From Candidatus Eiseniibacteriota bacterium (GTDB lineage Bacteria > Eisenbacteria > RBG-16-71-46 > CAVPCR01): a stretch of DNA of 64,000 bases. A program made the position numbers and the translations under genes. This document shows positions 47,715-57,145 of the stretch, piece by piece. Under the pieces are notes generated by a model. The model saw nothing but the letters and a program-made list of their open reading frames with translations, made no database searches and was not told the origin of the DNA. Positions within the stretch are counted from its first letter, which is position 1. Every line of letters begins with the position of its first letter. The stretch covers positions 128,001 through 192,000 of the forward strand of contig CAWGMA010000003.1 of NCBI GenBank assembly GCA_963823555.1. The letters are read 5' to 3'.

Positions 47715-50593
47715 CGCACCACCGTGAGCCGCGCGGTTGCACTCTCACCGCCGGCCGTCACGCGTGCCCAGTAGACTCCTGCCGGCAGCGGCCGTCCCCT
47801 GGACCCGCGGCCGTCCCAGACGATCTCATGCCGGCCTGGCGCGCGCGTATCATCGGCCGGCATGGCCACCAGCCGTCCCGACACATCATAGATTCCCACG
47901 GTAACGCGCCGATTTTCCCTGCCTGGCACCTCGATGGCGATACGGGCGGGACCGGCAAAGGGATTCTGCGTGGCCGCCCATATCCGTAGCGACGCCGGTG
48001 CGCCGCCGCCCGCCGGATCCGGAATGGGGGCGCCGAAGGAGACGGTCCCGGCGACGTGCTCGCCACCCGGACCGACGAGGTCGAGGCGCAGCGGGCGCCA
48101 GGCCGCCGTCTCGGCTCCCGCGGCCGCGACGAAGGGCAGGTTGATGACGGGGTTCCCGCCGCTCAGCGAATGCCCGTCGGCGGCGAGCGCCATGAGGCGT
48201 GTGGTCCCCTCGGCATCGCGCGGCGAGCCGAGGGCGAGAACGCCGCTCCGCGCGCCGCGCACCGCGGCGGCGAGTGGTGTCAGGGTGCCTCCTGGCGCCG
48301 GCGCCAGGTCGAGCTCGAGCCCCGACACGGGAGCAGCCGCCTGGATCGTGATCGGGAGGATCCATGTCACCGCGCCGACCGGCGGCACGGGTGGGTTCGC
48401 GAACGCACCGGCCGCCATGATGGCGCGGATCACCAGGACCACGTCACCGACATCGATGATCTCGTCACGGTTCATGTCCGTGCGATCACGCTCCTCGGGG
48501 GTCGGCTGCTGGACCTCCAGGACATAGTCGAGGGCGAGGAGCGCATCGGTGATTTCGAGGACGCCGTTGCCATCGATGTCGCCGGCGATGGTGGTGTCGG
48601 ATGCGGCGGCGTTCGCGGCGGCGAGGACATCGAGCTTCCCGTACCCCCATAGAGCGTTGGGCAAGAGACCCGTGAAGGCATCGGAACGAGCGGTGGTGGT
48701 CAAGGCGCGCTTCAGATCGACGATGTCCCAGTCGGGATGGAGCTCCAGGAGCAGGGCCACGGCTCCAGTGACATGCGGCGCGGCCTGGCTCGTGCCTTGC
48801 TGGATGGCATAGCGGTCGCCGGCGAGGAGGAACATGTTGGGGAACTGCGGAAACGGCGAGGCAAAGCTCGATGACGGCGACGTCGGCGGAGCATCGACGG
48901 AGAAGCAGGAGGCAATCTCCATCCCCGGTGCGCAGAGCTCCGGCTTGATTCTCCCGTCGCGCGTCGGCCCGGCGTTGGAGAAGGGTGCGATCGCGCCGAA
49001 GGCGGCGTTGGGTAGGCCGAGGGTGCGCAGGTCGAAGTGGTTGCCGTCCTTGTCATCCCATTCGATCTTGGTCGTATGGGCGCCGACGGTGATGGCGTTG
49101 CGCGCCGTGCCCGGCTCCGAAACGAAGCCGGTGGAACTGGCGAAGCTGCCGAAGGCGGTGGCGGCTCCGGGCAGGGTCGGCTCGAAGGTGCTGATGGAGA
49201 TGTAGGCATCGAAGGGGCCGGCGCCGTTCTCGAGGCGGATCCGCCAGCTGCCGGGCACGGGCTGGGCGCCGGGGATATCGATGACCAGGATGTTGGCCTC
49301 GAAGTCGCCGTTGGCCGGGTTGGCGCCCGCTCCGACGTTCTGGACCAGGATCAGACCGTCCTCGCTGAAGGTGCCGCTCGGAGCGTTCGACTCACCGGGA
49401 GCGAACGGGCCGACGGCCAGTCCGTTGGGCGTGATGACCGTGATCGAGAATCCGGCGAAGGTCTCGTACCAGAGGTTGATGAGCACGAAGTCGTTCTGCA
49501 CGCCGGACGCCGGTACGTAATCCGGGATCGTGAAGCGGAGATCGTTGACTCCGCTCACGTAGTCCGAGGCGGCATGCTGCGCCGGCAGGCTGCGCTCGTT
49601 GCCGGCCGCCGCGACGATGGCCTTTCCCGGCCTGCCGCTGCCCACCAGGTTGTCGATCGCCACCTCCTGCAGCGCCGAGCCGTCGTGGGCCCCGAAATGG
49701 CCGCCGAAGCTCAGATTGGTCACGTAGGGCTGGCCGAGCTCGGCGGCCTTCTGATCGATGAAGGAGAGGGCGTTGACGACATCGGCCTCGCTCAGGCCCC
49801 CCGAGCCCGCGCGATCGCCGTTGACGATGATGAGATCGGCGCCGGGCGCGACCCCTCTCATGCCCGACATGACGCGGCCGCCACCGGCGGCGCTGCCGGC
49901 GACATGGGTGCCGTGGCCGACGACATCGCGCGCTGTGGCGCCCTGATCGATCTGGGCGGCGGTGAGGAGCGTGCCGCCGAAGGGGCCGTTGCCCGGCACG
50001 CTCAGGTCGAGCAGGAACTTGATGCGGGTCGTGCCGTCGGGATTCTGGAAGTCGGGATGCTCGGTATCGATGCCGGTGTCGATGACACCAACGATCACGC
50101 CCTCTCCGGTTGCTCCGTACTCCGACCACACGCCGGGGGCGCCCGTGTCGGGAACGCTCAGGTCGTTCATGAGGCGCATCCGGCCGGCGGCCTGGACGCG
50201 TTCGACCACCGGCAGTCGGGCGATGTCGTCAACAAGAGCGAGGGGCACCGCGCGCGCCGTGGCCACTTCGCCGATGACCGTATCGATCTCGAGGCCGAGC
50301 GCCGATAACGACGTCACATCACCGCCTGCGACGGCAAGGAGGAGATCGGCGACCGGAACCCCGGCCAGGAGTCGGGCCCCGAGCGCCGACGCAGCCGGGC
50401 TCAGCATGGGCGCGCCCCGGCCCGGGCTCGCGGCGGCTTCATAGAGCGGCTCGGCGGCCAGGGCGAGCAGGGGCTGGACCTTGCGTCCCTCCTCGGGCGA
50501 GAGCGAAGGAGCCGCCACCGCGGACGTTGCCGAGATGAGAAGTGCGGCGACCAGCAACCCGGACCGTCGGGAGACCCTTATCGCGTTCATCAT
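47711..50593 (-). CDS. Secreted S8 subtilase with dockerin, cohesin-like module and FlgD-Ig/T9SS-type CTD
   Basis: Triad VIDTG / GHGTHVAG / QGTSQAAPH; duplicated Ca-loop-helix GDIDGNGVLEITDALLAL and DMNRDEIIDVGDVVLVI (about 48416-48583); CTD 'NPFAGP..IYDVSGRLV..WDGRG..AGVYWARV..RLTVVR'. Confidence 0.92.
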   Translation of the reverse strand: MMNAIRVSRRSGLLVAALLISATSAVAAPSLSPEEGRKVQPLLALAAEPLYEAAASPGRGAPMLSPAASALGARLLAGVPVADLLLAVAGGDVTSLSALGLEIDTVIGEVATARAVPLALVDDIARLPVVERVQAAGRMRLMNDLSVPDTGAPGVWSEYGATGEGVIVGVIDTGIDTEHPDFQNPDGTTRIKFLLDLSVPGNGPFGGTLLTAAQIDQGATARDVVGHGTHVAGSAAGGGRVMSGMRGVAPGADLIIVNGDRAGSGGLSEADVVNALSFIDQKAAELGQPYVTNLSFGGHFGAHDGSALQEVAIDNLVGSGRPGKAIVAAAGNERSLPAQHAASDYVSGVNDLRFTIPDYVPASGVQNDFVLINLWYETFAGFSITVITPNGLAVGPFAPGESNAPSGTFSEDGLILVQNVGAGANPANGDFEANILVIDIPGAQPVPGSWRIRLENGAGPFDAYISISTFEPTLPGAATAFGSFASSTGFVSEPGTARNAITVGAHTTKIEWDDKDGNHFDLRTLGLPNAAFGAIAPFSNAGPTRDGRIKPELCAPGMEIASCFSVDAPPTSPSSSFASPFPQFPNMFLLAGDRYAIQQGTSQAAPHVTGAVALLLELHPDWDIVDLKRALTTTARSDAFTGLLPNALWGYGKLDVLAAANAAASDTTIAGDIDGNGVLEITDALLALDYVLEVQQPTPEERDRTDMNRDEIIDVGDVVLVIRAIMAAGAFANPPVPPVGAVTWILPITIQAAAPVSGLELDLAPAPGGTLTPLAAAVRGARSGVLALGSPRDAEGTTRLMALAADGHSLSGGNPVINLPFVAAAGAETAAWRPLRLDLVGPGGEHVAGTVSFGAPIPDPAGGGAPASLRIWAATQNPFAGPARIAIEVPGRENRRVTVGIYDVSGRLVAMPADDTRAPGRHEIVWDGRGSRGRPLPAGVYWARVTAGGESATARLTVVR

Positions 50594-50624
50594 GAAGTGC
50601 CCCTTCAGAGCGTGATGGTCGTTG

Positions 50625-50993
50625 TCACTTGATCTGCATCTGGCGAGCAGGCTCGATCTGGATCACCTCGTCCAGCGCGGCGATCTCGGCCAGCGAGCGC
50701 GGCTGGATCCAGCCGGTGAGGACGTCGCCGACAACCGTGTCGACGCGCATCCCCCTCGACTCGAGGAAGGGGCTGGAAGCCGCTTCATCGACCCGGACGA
50801 GCACCGAGAGAAGCGAGTCCCCTTTTCCTTCGCTCAGGAGCTGGGAGGCGGTGCGGCGCAGCTCGGGATCGACCTTGGCCGCAGCAGGGCCGGGAAGGTC
50901 GAGCGTTTCCTGACCATGGGAACCGCATCCAGCCAGAACAGCGAGGGCCAGGACGCTGAAGAGGGCAGGGCGGAGAGAGGTTGAGTGGCGCAT
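50625..50993 (-). CDS. Lipoprotein consisting of a stand-alone subtilase propeptide-like (I9-like) domain, 122 aa
   Basis: ATG 50993, lipobox VLAG-C; the mature part aligns by eye to the propeptide of the adjacent S8 (LESRGMRVDTVVGDVLT vs LSALGLEIDTVIGEVAT). Confidence 0.8.
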   Translation of the reverse strand: MRHSTSLRPALFSVLALAVLAGCGSHGQETLDLPGPAAAKVDPELRRTASQLLSEGKGDSLLSVLVRVDEAASSPFLESRGMRVDTVVGDVLTGWIQPRSLAEIAALDEVIQIEPARQMQIK

Positions 50994-51124
50994 CCTGGCC
51001 TCGGGGTGGGGAGCCTCTCGACGGCGCGCGGCACAGCCAATGCAGGCCGGCGCAGGATTCCAGAGCCAAGTGACATTACCACTGGCGCCTGGGCGTGGGA
51101 AGCGGCTCGCGCCGGGCGGGAACG

Positions 51125-51661
51125 CTAGCTGCGAGCGAGCGGGATGAACCCCTTGGGATAGCGCCGGGCCAGATCGACGTAGGTCTTCTTGAAGTGGAGC
51201 CACTCGGCCTTGTAACGCTCGTCGACCGTCTTCTCGAGGATCCTGGCTGGAACGCCGACCGCGATCTGTCCGGGCGGGATCTCCTGGCGCTGGCGCACGA
51301 CACAGCCCTCGCCGACGACCGCCCAGGTCCCGAGAACGGTCCAGTCGCTCACGACCGCGCCCATGCCGATGACGACATAATCCTCGATGCGCAGGGCGTT
51401 GTGGATGATCGAGCCGTGTCCGACGGTGACCCAGTTTCCGATCGTGCACACCTCACCCGGCCGGGCGTGGATGACGCAGTTGTCCTCGATGCTGGTGAAG
51501 TCGCCGATGTGGATCGTGCCGTAGTCGCCGCGGATGCGGGCGCCGGGGCCGATCCAGCAGCCGCGGCCGATCACGACATCCCCGAAGACATCGGCCGATG
51601 GATGAATGTAGGTCGCTTCGCCGATCGTCGGCGTCTTGCCCTCGAAGCTGGCAACGCTCAT
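51125..51661 (-). CDS. Gamma-carbonic-anhydrase-family hexapeptide-repeat protein
   Basis: YIHPSADVFGDV, RGD, IEDNCVIH, VGHGSIIH and IGMGA; GGAGG before ATG 51661. Confidence 0.92.
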   Translation of the reverse strand: MSVASFEGKTPTIGEATYIHPSADVFGDVVIGRGCWIGPGARIRGDYGTIHIGDFTSIEDNCVIHARPGEVCTIGNWVTVGHGSIIHNALRIEDYVVIGMGAVVSDWTVLGTWAVVGEGCVVRQRQEIPPGQIAVGVPARILEKTVDERYKAEWLHFKKTYVDLARRYPKGFIPLARS

Positions 51662-51683
51662 GGCGGTTGTCCTCCCGGTGGCG

Positions 51684-51720
51684 AGGATAGCAGGAAGTGC
51701 CGCCTGGCCGGTGCTAGGAT
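51684..51720. promoter_or_regulatory. Back-to-back extended -10 promoters (gamma-CA and ABC operon)
   Basis: Minus strand TGC-TATCCT (51692-51684); plus strand TGC-TAGGAT (51712-51720), 7 nt before ATG 51728. Confidence 0.55.
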
Positions 51721-51727
51721 CTCGCTC

Positions 51728-52453
51728 ATGGACCACCGAGCCGGTGAGAGCGATCTCCTTCTGCTCCGCGACGTTCACCATGTCTATGCCGATGACGGGG
51801 TCGAGGTCGTGGCGCTGCGCGGCGTGACGCTCTCGGTGAAGGCCGGCGAGTTCGTGGCCATCGTCGGTCAGAGCGGCTGCGGCAAGAGCACTCTCCTCCA
51901 TGTGATGGGGGCCATGGATCGCCCGCGTTCGGGCGAGGTATGGCTTCGCGGCCGGGAGATCGCTCGCCTCGATGACGAGTCGCGCACCGCCATCCGCCAG
52001 CGCGAGGTGGGTTTCGTCTTCCAGTTCTTCAATCTGCTCCCCACGCTCGACCTGAGCGAGAACGTGATGCTGCCGGCGTTGCTCGCCGGCGCCGGTGTTG
52101 CCGCCGCGCGCCAGAGGGCCGAGGATCTGCTCCGCGCCGTCGGGCTCTCCGGGCTCGGCGCTCGCCGGGCGACCGCGCTCTCCGGCGGCGAGCGCCAGCG
52201 TGGCGCGATCGCTCGCGCCCTGGTCAACGAGGCCCCGCTGCTCCTCGCCGATGAGCCGACGGGGAATCTGGACAGCGGGACCGGAGCCGAGATCATCCGG
52301 CTCCTGCGCGCCCTGCCGGCGAGCCGGGGCACGACCGTCGTGCTCGCCACTCATGCTACCGAGCTCGCCCGCGTCGCCGATCGCGTCGTCACCATGCGTG
52401 ATGGGCGCATCGAGAGCGACGAGGCGGCGGGCGAGGGCCAGGACAGGCTGTGA
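51728..52453 (+). CDS. ABC transporter ATP-binding protein (LolD/MacB/AttE-like)
   Basis: GQSGCGKS, GFVFQFFNL, LSGGERQR and LLADEPTGNLD. Confidence 0.95.
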   Translation: MDHRAGESDLLLLRDVHHVYADDGVEVVALRGVTLSVKAGEFVAIVGQSGCGKSTLLHVMGAMDRPRSGEVWLRGREIARLDDESRTAIRQREVGFVFQFFNLLPTLDLSENVMLPALLAGAGVAAARQRAEDLLRAVGLSGLGARRATALSGGERQRGAIARALVNEAPLLLADEPTGNLDSGTGAEIIRLLRALPASRGTTVVLATHATELARVADRVVTMRDGRIESDEAAGEGQDRL

Positions 52454-55010
52454 TCCCCCGCCTCCTCGTCTGGACCAGCCTCCGCCACACGGGCCGCGCG
52501 CCAGGGCTCTTTCTCCTCGCGGTGCTCGGTATCGCGCTGGGAGTGGCGGTCTTCGTGGCGATCCAGATCGCGAATCGCACGGTGCTTCGCACCTTCGCCG
52601 CCACGGTCGACGCGGTGGCCGGGCGGGCGAACCTGGAGATCGCCGGTGGCGGCAACGGTCTTCCGGACAGCCTGTACGTGCGCGTGCGGCGGCTCCCCGG
52701 CATCACCGCCGCCACGCCTCTCGTCACGGCTCATGCTCTCTTGCCGGACCACCCCGGCGAGGTCCTGGAGCTCATCGGCGTCGACAGCTTCTCGAACGGA
52801 CCTTTCCGTACCTATGACGTCGTCGCCGCCGATGGCGCTGCGGATGGATACCTGTCGTGGCTCGCCGATGCGCGCGGCGCCCTCGTGCCCGCCTCGCTGG
52901 CCAGGACGCTCGGGCTCGAGATCGGGAGTCCGCTCGTCATCCTGGCCCGGAGCGCCCCGGACACGCTCCGGGTGCGCGGCCTCCTGCGCTTCTCCGGAGA
53001 GATCGAGCGCACCGCCGAACGAATCGTCGTCGTCGATCTGGCGACGGCGCAGGAGGTGTCGGGCAAGCTCGGGCAGCTCGATCGCATCGATCTCATCGCC
53101 GCCGATCCGGACTCGACCGGCATCCGCTTGCAGGCGCTCGCCGCAAACGGGTGGCCGGCGGATGCCAGCGTGCGGCGTCCGGGCGCTCGCACGACGCAGG
53201 TCGAGACCATGCTCGCCGCTTTCCGGCTCAACTTGACGGCGCTCAGCCTGATCTCGCTCTTCGTCGGTGTCTTCCTCGTCTACAACGCTGCGACCACCGA
53301 GGTCGTGCGCCGCCGGCGTGAGATCGGCATCCTCCGTGCTCTGGGCACGCCACGGCGGATGGTCCGACGACTCGTTCTGCTCGAGACCGGCGTGCTGGGG
53401 GCCATCGGCATCGCGGCCGGCCTCGGGTTGGGGGTGCTCCTCGCCCGGTTCGTGCTGAGCTCGATCGCGCGCACCGTCTCGGCGCTCTACGTCCAGGTGG
53501 CGGTGCGCGAGCTCTTCATCGAACCGCGCGTGCTCCTCGCGGCGGCAGTGGCCGGAGCCGGGGCGGTTCTCTTCGCCGGCTGGGCACCGGCGCGCGAGGC
53601 AGCAGGGCTCGAGCCGCAGGTGGTCCTGACCGAGGGCCGGTATCCGGCGCTCGGCTGGCTCCGCCCGCTGCGCCTGCTCGCGGCGGCGCTCGCCGCAGGC
53701 GCCCTCGCCGCGATCCTCTCCATGTCGCGGCTCGCGAGCTGGCACCCGGCGGCGGGGTTCCTGGCGGCGCTCTGCATCCTCACGGCCGGGGCGCTGGCGG
53801 CACCGGCGGCGGCGGTGGGTCTCATCGCCGCCGCCCGAGCGCTGGCCGGGCGGAGCGTGAGCATGCGTCTGGCCGCCGGGCAGCTCCGGGCCGGCCTCCG
53901 GCGGGCGGCGGTCACCATCGCCGCGCTCAGCTCGGCGCTCGCCATGGTGATCGGCGTCACCATCATGATCGACAGCTTCCGGCGCACGGTGGACCTCTGG
54001 ATCGGGCAGACCATCCGCGCCGACCTCTATGTCGCGCCCGCGAGCCAGCGCGCCGCCGGGGGGCGGCCGAGCTGCCCGGGGAGGTCAGCGCCCGGATCGG
54101 GCGGTTGCCCGGTATCCGAGCCCGCGACGAGCTCCGCATCGTCGAGCTCGAAGTGGGCGGGCGCCGGGTTCACGGGGGTGCCGTCAACTTTGACGTCATC
54201 GCGCAAGAATCGGCGTTCCTGTTCCGTCGGGGCCGATCCTCGTCGATTCTCGCCCAGGCCATCCGGGATCACGGGGTGATCGTGAGCGAGCCCTTCTCCC
54301 GCCATCAGCACCTGGCCGAGGGGGATACGCTTCATCTCGCCACGCCCTCCGGTCCCGCCGCGCTCAGGATCGCCGGGGTGTTCTACGACTATTCGAGCGA
54401 TGCCGGTCTCGTCTTGTTTCATCGGCCGCACTACGCGGCGCTCTACCGGGATCCGGCGATCAACTCGCTTGCGCTCTATCTCGAGGACCCGGCGGGCGCG
54501 GCGGCCTTCAGGCAGGCCATCGCTGCCGGCGTGGGTCGCGAGCACGCGCTCCTCATCCGGTCGAACCGCGACATCCGGGATGCCGCGCTCGAGCAGTTCG
54601 ATCAGACCTTTGCGGTGACCATGACCCTCAAGTTCATCACCCTCATCGTGGCCATGGCCGGAGTCTTCTTCTCGCTGACGGTGAGCGTGGCCGAGCGCCG
54701 GGCCGAGATCGGTATCCTGCGCGCGATCGGCGCCAGGGCGGGGCAGGTGCGGCGGATGGTGTTCGGCGAGGCGCTCCTGATCGGCCTCGCCGCGCTGGTC
54801 GTGGGCGTGGCGACCGGCATCGGCCTCGCGCTGCTCCTCGTCTTCGTCATCAACCGCCAGTTCTTCGGGTGGACCCTCCTCTGGGTCCTGACTCCGCGTG
54901 TCCTCATCGAGGCGTTCGTGGTCATCGCCGTGGCATCCGTGCTGGCGGCATGGCTGCCGGCGCGGACCGCGATCCGTACGGACCCGGCGGCGAGCCTGCG
55001 CGCCGAGTAG
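52450..55010 (+). CDS. Duplicated FtsX/MacB-type ABC permease (AttF/G-like), split by a frameshift at the G6 run 54058-54063
   Basis: Track ORFs 52450..54279 and 54105..55010 each contain an FtsX motif ([24 protein letters not shown]); one extra G in the run gives a single ORF of about 853 aa. Confidence 0.88.
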
Positions 55011-55153
55011 CCGCGGGGGGCGGAGCGCGCCAGCGGCGATTCGTGGAGCGAGCGGACTCGCCCCGCTCCCGTCTCTCGTGCTATGCTTCCCGCCCGCCGC
55101 GGCACCCCCCTCGTCGATGCCATGGACTCAGCCGTGGCTACCGCTCGAAAGCC

Positions 55154-55822
55154 ATGAGGTACAAGAAGATGCACAGAATGATGGTATGCGCGATCCTGGC
55201 CCTCGGGATCGCCGGCCAGGCCCTGGCCGCCGACAACCCAAAGGACAAGGCAATGACGCAAATCGACGAGATGATCGCCAAGGCTGGCGTGGACAAGTCC
55301 GACCCGGCCTGGCGCACGACTATCCCGAAGCCCGAGATGGCCACCTTCGATTCGACACACACGTACTATGCGAAGATGGTCACCAGCAAGGGGCCGATCC
55401 TGATCAAGTTCATGCCGAAGGTGGCGCCCATGCACGTGACGAGCTTCATCTATCTCACCAAGCTCGGCTTCTACGATGGCCTCACCTTCCATCGCGTGAT
55501 CACCGGCTTCATGGCGCAGGGTGGTTGTCCGCTCGGTAGTGGCACCGGGGGCCCGGGCTACAAGTACGGGGGCGAGTTCGATTCCAAGGTCAAGCATGAC
55601 AAGCCCGGCCTGCTCTCGATGGCCAACGCCGGCCCCGGCACGGACGGCAGCCAGTTCTTCCTGACCTTCAAGCCGACGCCCTGGCTCGACGGCAAGCACA
55701 CGCTCTTCGGCGAGGTCGTCGAGGGGATGGATGTGCTCAAGGCCCTGGAGGCCGCCGGCTCCGAGAGCGGGACGACCAAAGAGAAGCTCGTGATGGAGAA
55801 GGTCACGATCGAGGTCAAGTAA
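55154..55822 (+). CDS. Exported cyclophilin-type peptidyl-prolyl cis-trans isomerase
   Basis: Signal peptide; [35 protein letters not shown] and [12 protein letters not shown]. Confidence 0.95.
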   Translation: MRYKKMHRMMVCAILALGIAGQALAADNPKDKAMTQIDEMIAKAGVDKSDPAWRTTIPKPEMATFDSTHTYYAKMVTSKGPILIKFMPKVAPMHVTSFIYLTKLGFYDGLTFHRVITGFMAQGGCPLGSGTGGPGYKYGGEFDSKVKHDKPGLLSMANAGPGTDGSQFFLTFKPTPWLDGKHTLFGEVVEGMDVLKALEAAGSESGTTKEKLVMEKVTIEVK

Positions 55823-55850
55823 CCAAAGCGCCTTCGCGTATTCGAGAATC

Positions 55851-57071
55851 ATGACGGCCACGGGCCCGCGTCACGACAGATCGATGTCGGTCGCGGGCCC
55901 GCTTGCTTGGGCACGGCACCGCGCCGGCGCCGGGGGCGTCGCATTGCTTATCTGCGCTGTGACGCAGATATTCCCGGGATGGCTCCCGGCCGATGATTCC
56001 TTCCGCCCGCTGGAACCTGGATACGAGCTGCGTTTTCCCGAGGATCACGCCGCCCATCCCGCCTACCGCACCGAGTGGTGGTACTACACCGGACATCTTT
56101 GGTTCGAGGCGCCTGGCGATGCCGGCGGCAAGCCGGGTCGCAAGCAAGCGCCATCGGATCTGGGATTCCAGCTCACTTTCTTCCGGAGCGGGATCGCTCG
56201 TCCTGAACCGCCGCGACCATCACTCTGGGCGCTCCGCGACATCTACTTTGCGCACCTCGCCATCGGGGACTTCGCAGCGCGGCGCTTCCACGTCGCCGAG
56301 CGGCTCGAACGGGATGCCCTCGGGCTTGCCGGAGCCGACTCCGTGCGCTATCACGTGTGGGCGGGAGACTGGTCGGCGACCCTGGCGCCCGACGGTGCTC
56401 ATCATCTGGTCGCGGTCGAGGCGGAGGAGTGCGGCGTCGACCTCACGCTCGTCCCGTTGAAGCCTCCGGCCCTGCACGGAGAGGCGGGATGGAGCCGGAA
56501 GGGGGATGAACCGGGCCAGGCTTCCACCTACTACTCGCTGACCCGCATGGCGGCGAGCGGCACGGTCCATCTCGGAGACCGCACGCTCAGCGTGCGCGGC
56601 GAGGCCTGGATGGACCACGAGTTCACGACCGGTGAGCTCGCGTCCGACCTCGTGGGCTGGGACTGGTTCGGATTGCAGCTCGATGACGGCACGGAGCTCA
56701 TGCTCTATCTCCTGCGTCGCTCCGACGGCACACCGTCCCCGGCCTCGAGCGGGAGCCTCGTCGATGAGGCCGGCCGCGTCACCCATCTCGACCGCGAAGC
56801 GTTCACGGTGACGAGCGAGTCGAGCTGGCGGAGCCCCCGGAGCGGGGCGGTCTACCCCGCGGGATGGCGGGTCCGCGTTCCCGGCGCGGCGCTCGAGCTC
56901 ACGCTCACACCTCGGCTTCCCGACCAGGAACTGGTGACTCGGGAATCGACCGGCGTCACCTACTGGGAAGGGGCCGTCGGGATCAGCGGCAGTCGCGGAG
57001 GGGCCCCGATCACGGGCCGCGGGTTCGTCGAGCTCACCGGTTACGCCGAGGCCTTTCGCGCCCGGATGTGA
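55851..57071 (+). CDS. AttH/CrtC-like lipocalin-fold secreted protein
   Basis: FPEDHAAHP..TEWWYYTG, GFQLTFFR, YYSLTR, WMDHEF, GWDWFGLQL, YWEG and GFVELTGY. Confidence 0.9.
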   Translation: MTATGPRHDRSMSVAGPLAWARHRAGAGGVALLICAVTQIFPGWLPADDSFRPLEPGYELRFPEDHAAHPAYRTEWWYYTGHLWFEAPGDAGGKPGRKQAPSDLGFQLTFFRSGIARPEPPRPSLWALRDIYFAHLAIGDFAARRFHVAERLERDALGLAGADSVRYHVWAGDWSATLAPDGAHHLVAVEAEECGVDLTLVPLKPPALHGEAGWSRKGDEPGQASTYYSLTRMAASGTVHLGDRTLSVRGEAWMDHEFTTGELASDLVGWDWFGLQLDDGTELMLYLLRRSDGTPSPASSGSLVDEAGRVTHLDREAFTVTSESSWRSPRSGAVYPAGWRVRVPGAALELTLTPRLPDQELVTRESTGVTYWEGAVGISGSRGGAPITGRGFVELTGYAEAFRARM

Positions 57072-57145
57072 TGGGACCCCCGTAGTTCGGGGGCGGGGTC
57101 GATCATTCTCGAGACGGCTCGAGGCGACATCGCGCTCCGAGGGTT

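Noticed and set aside
47109..50593. A true cellulosome
   Set aside because: No glycoside hydrolase, CBM or multi-cohesin scaffoldin in the window; the only dockerin is on a protease.
55851..57071. Carotenoid 1,2-hydratase function (crtC)
   Set aside because: No carotenoid genes nearby; the ABC-permease context fits the AttH-like group, so no gene symbol was given.
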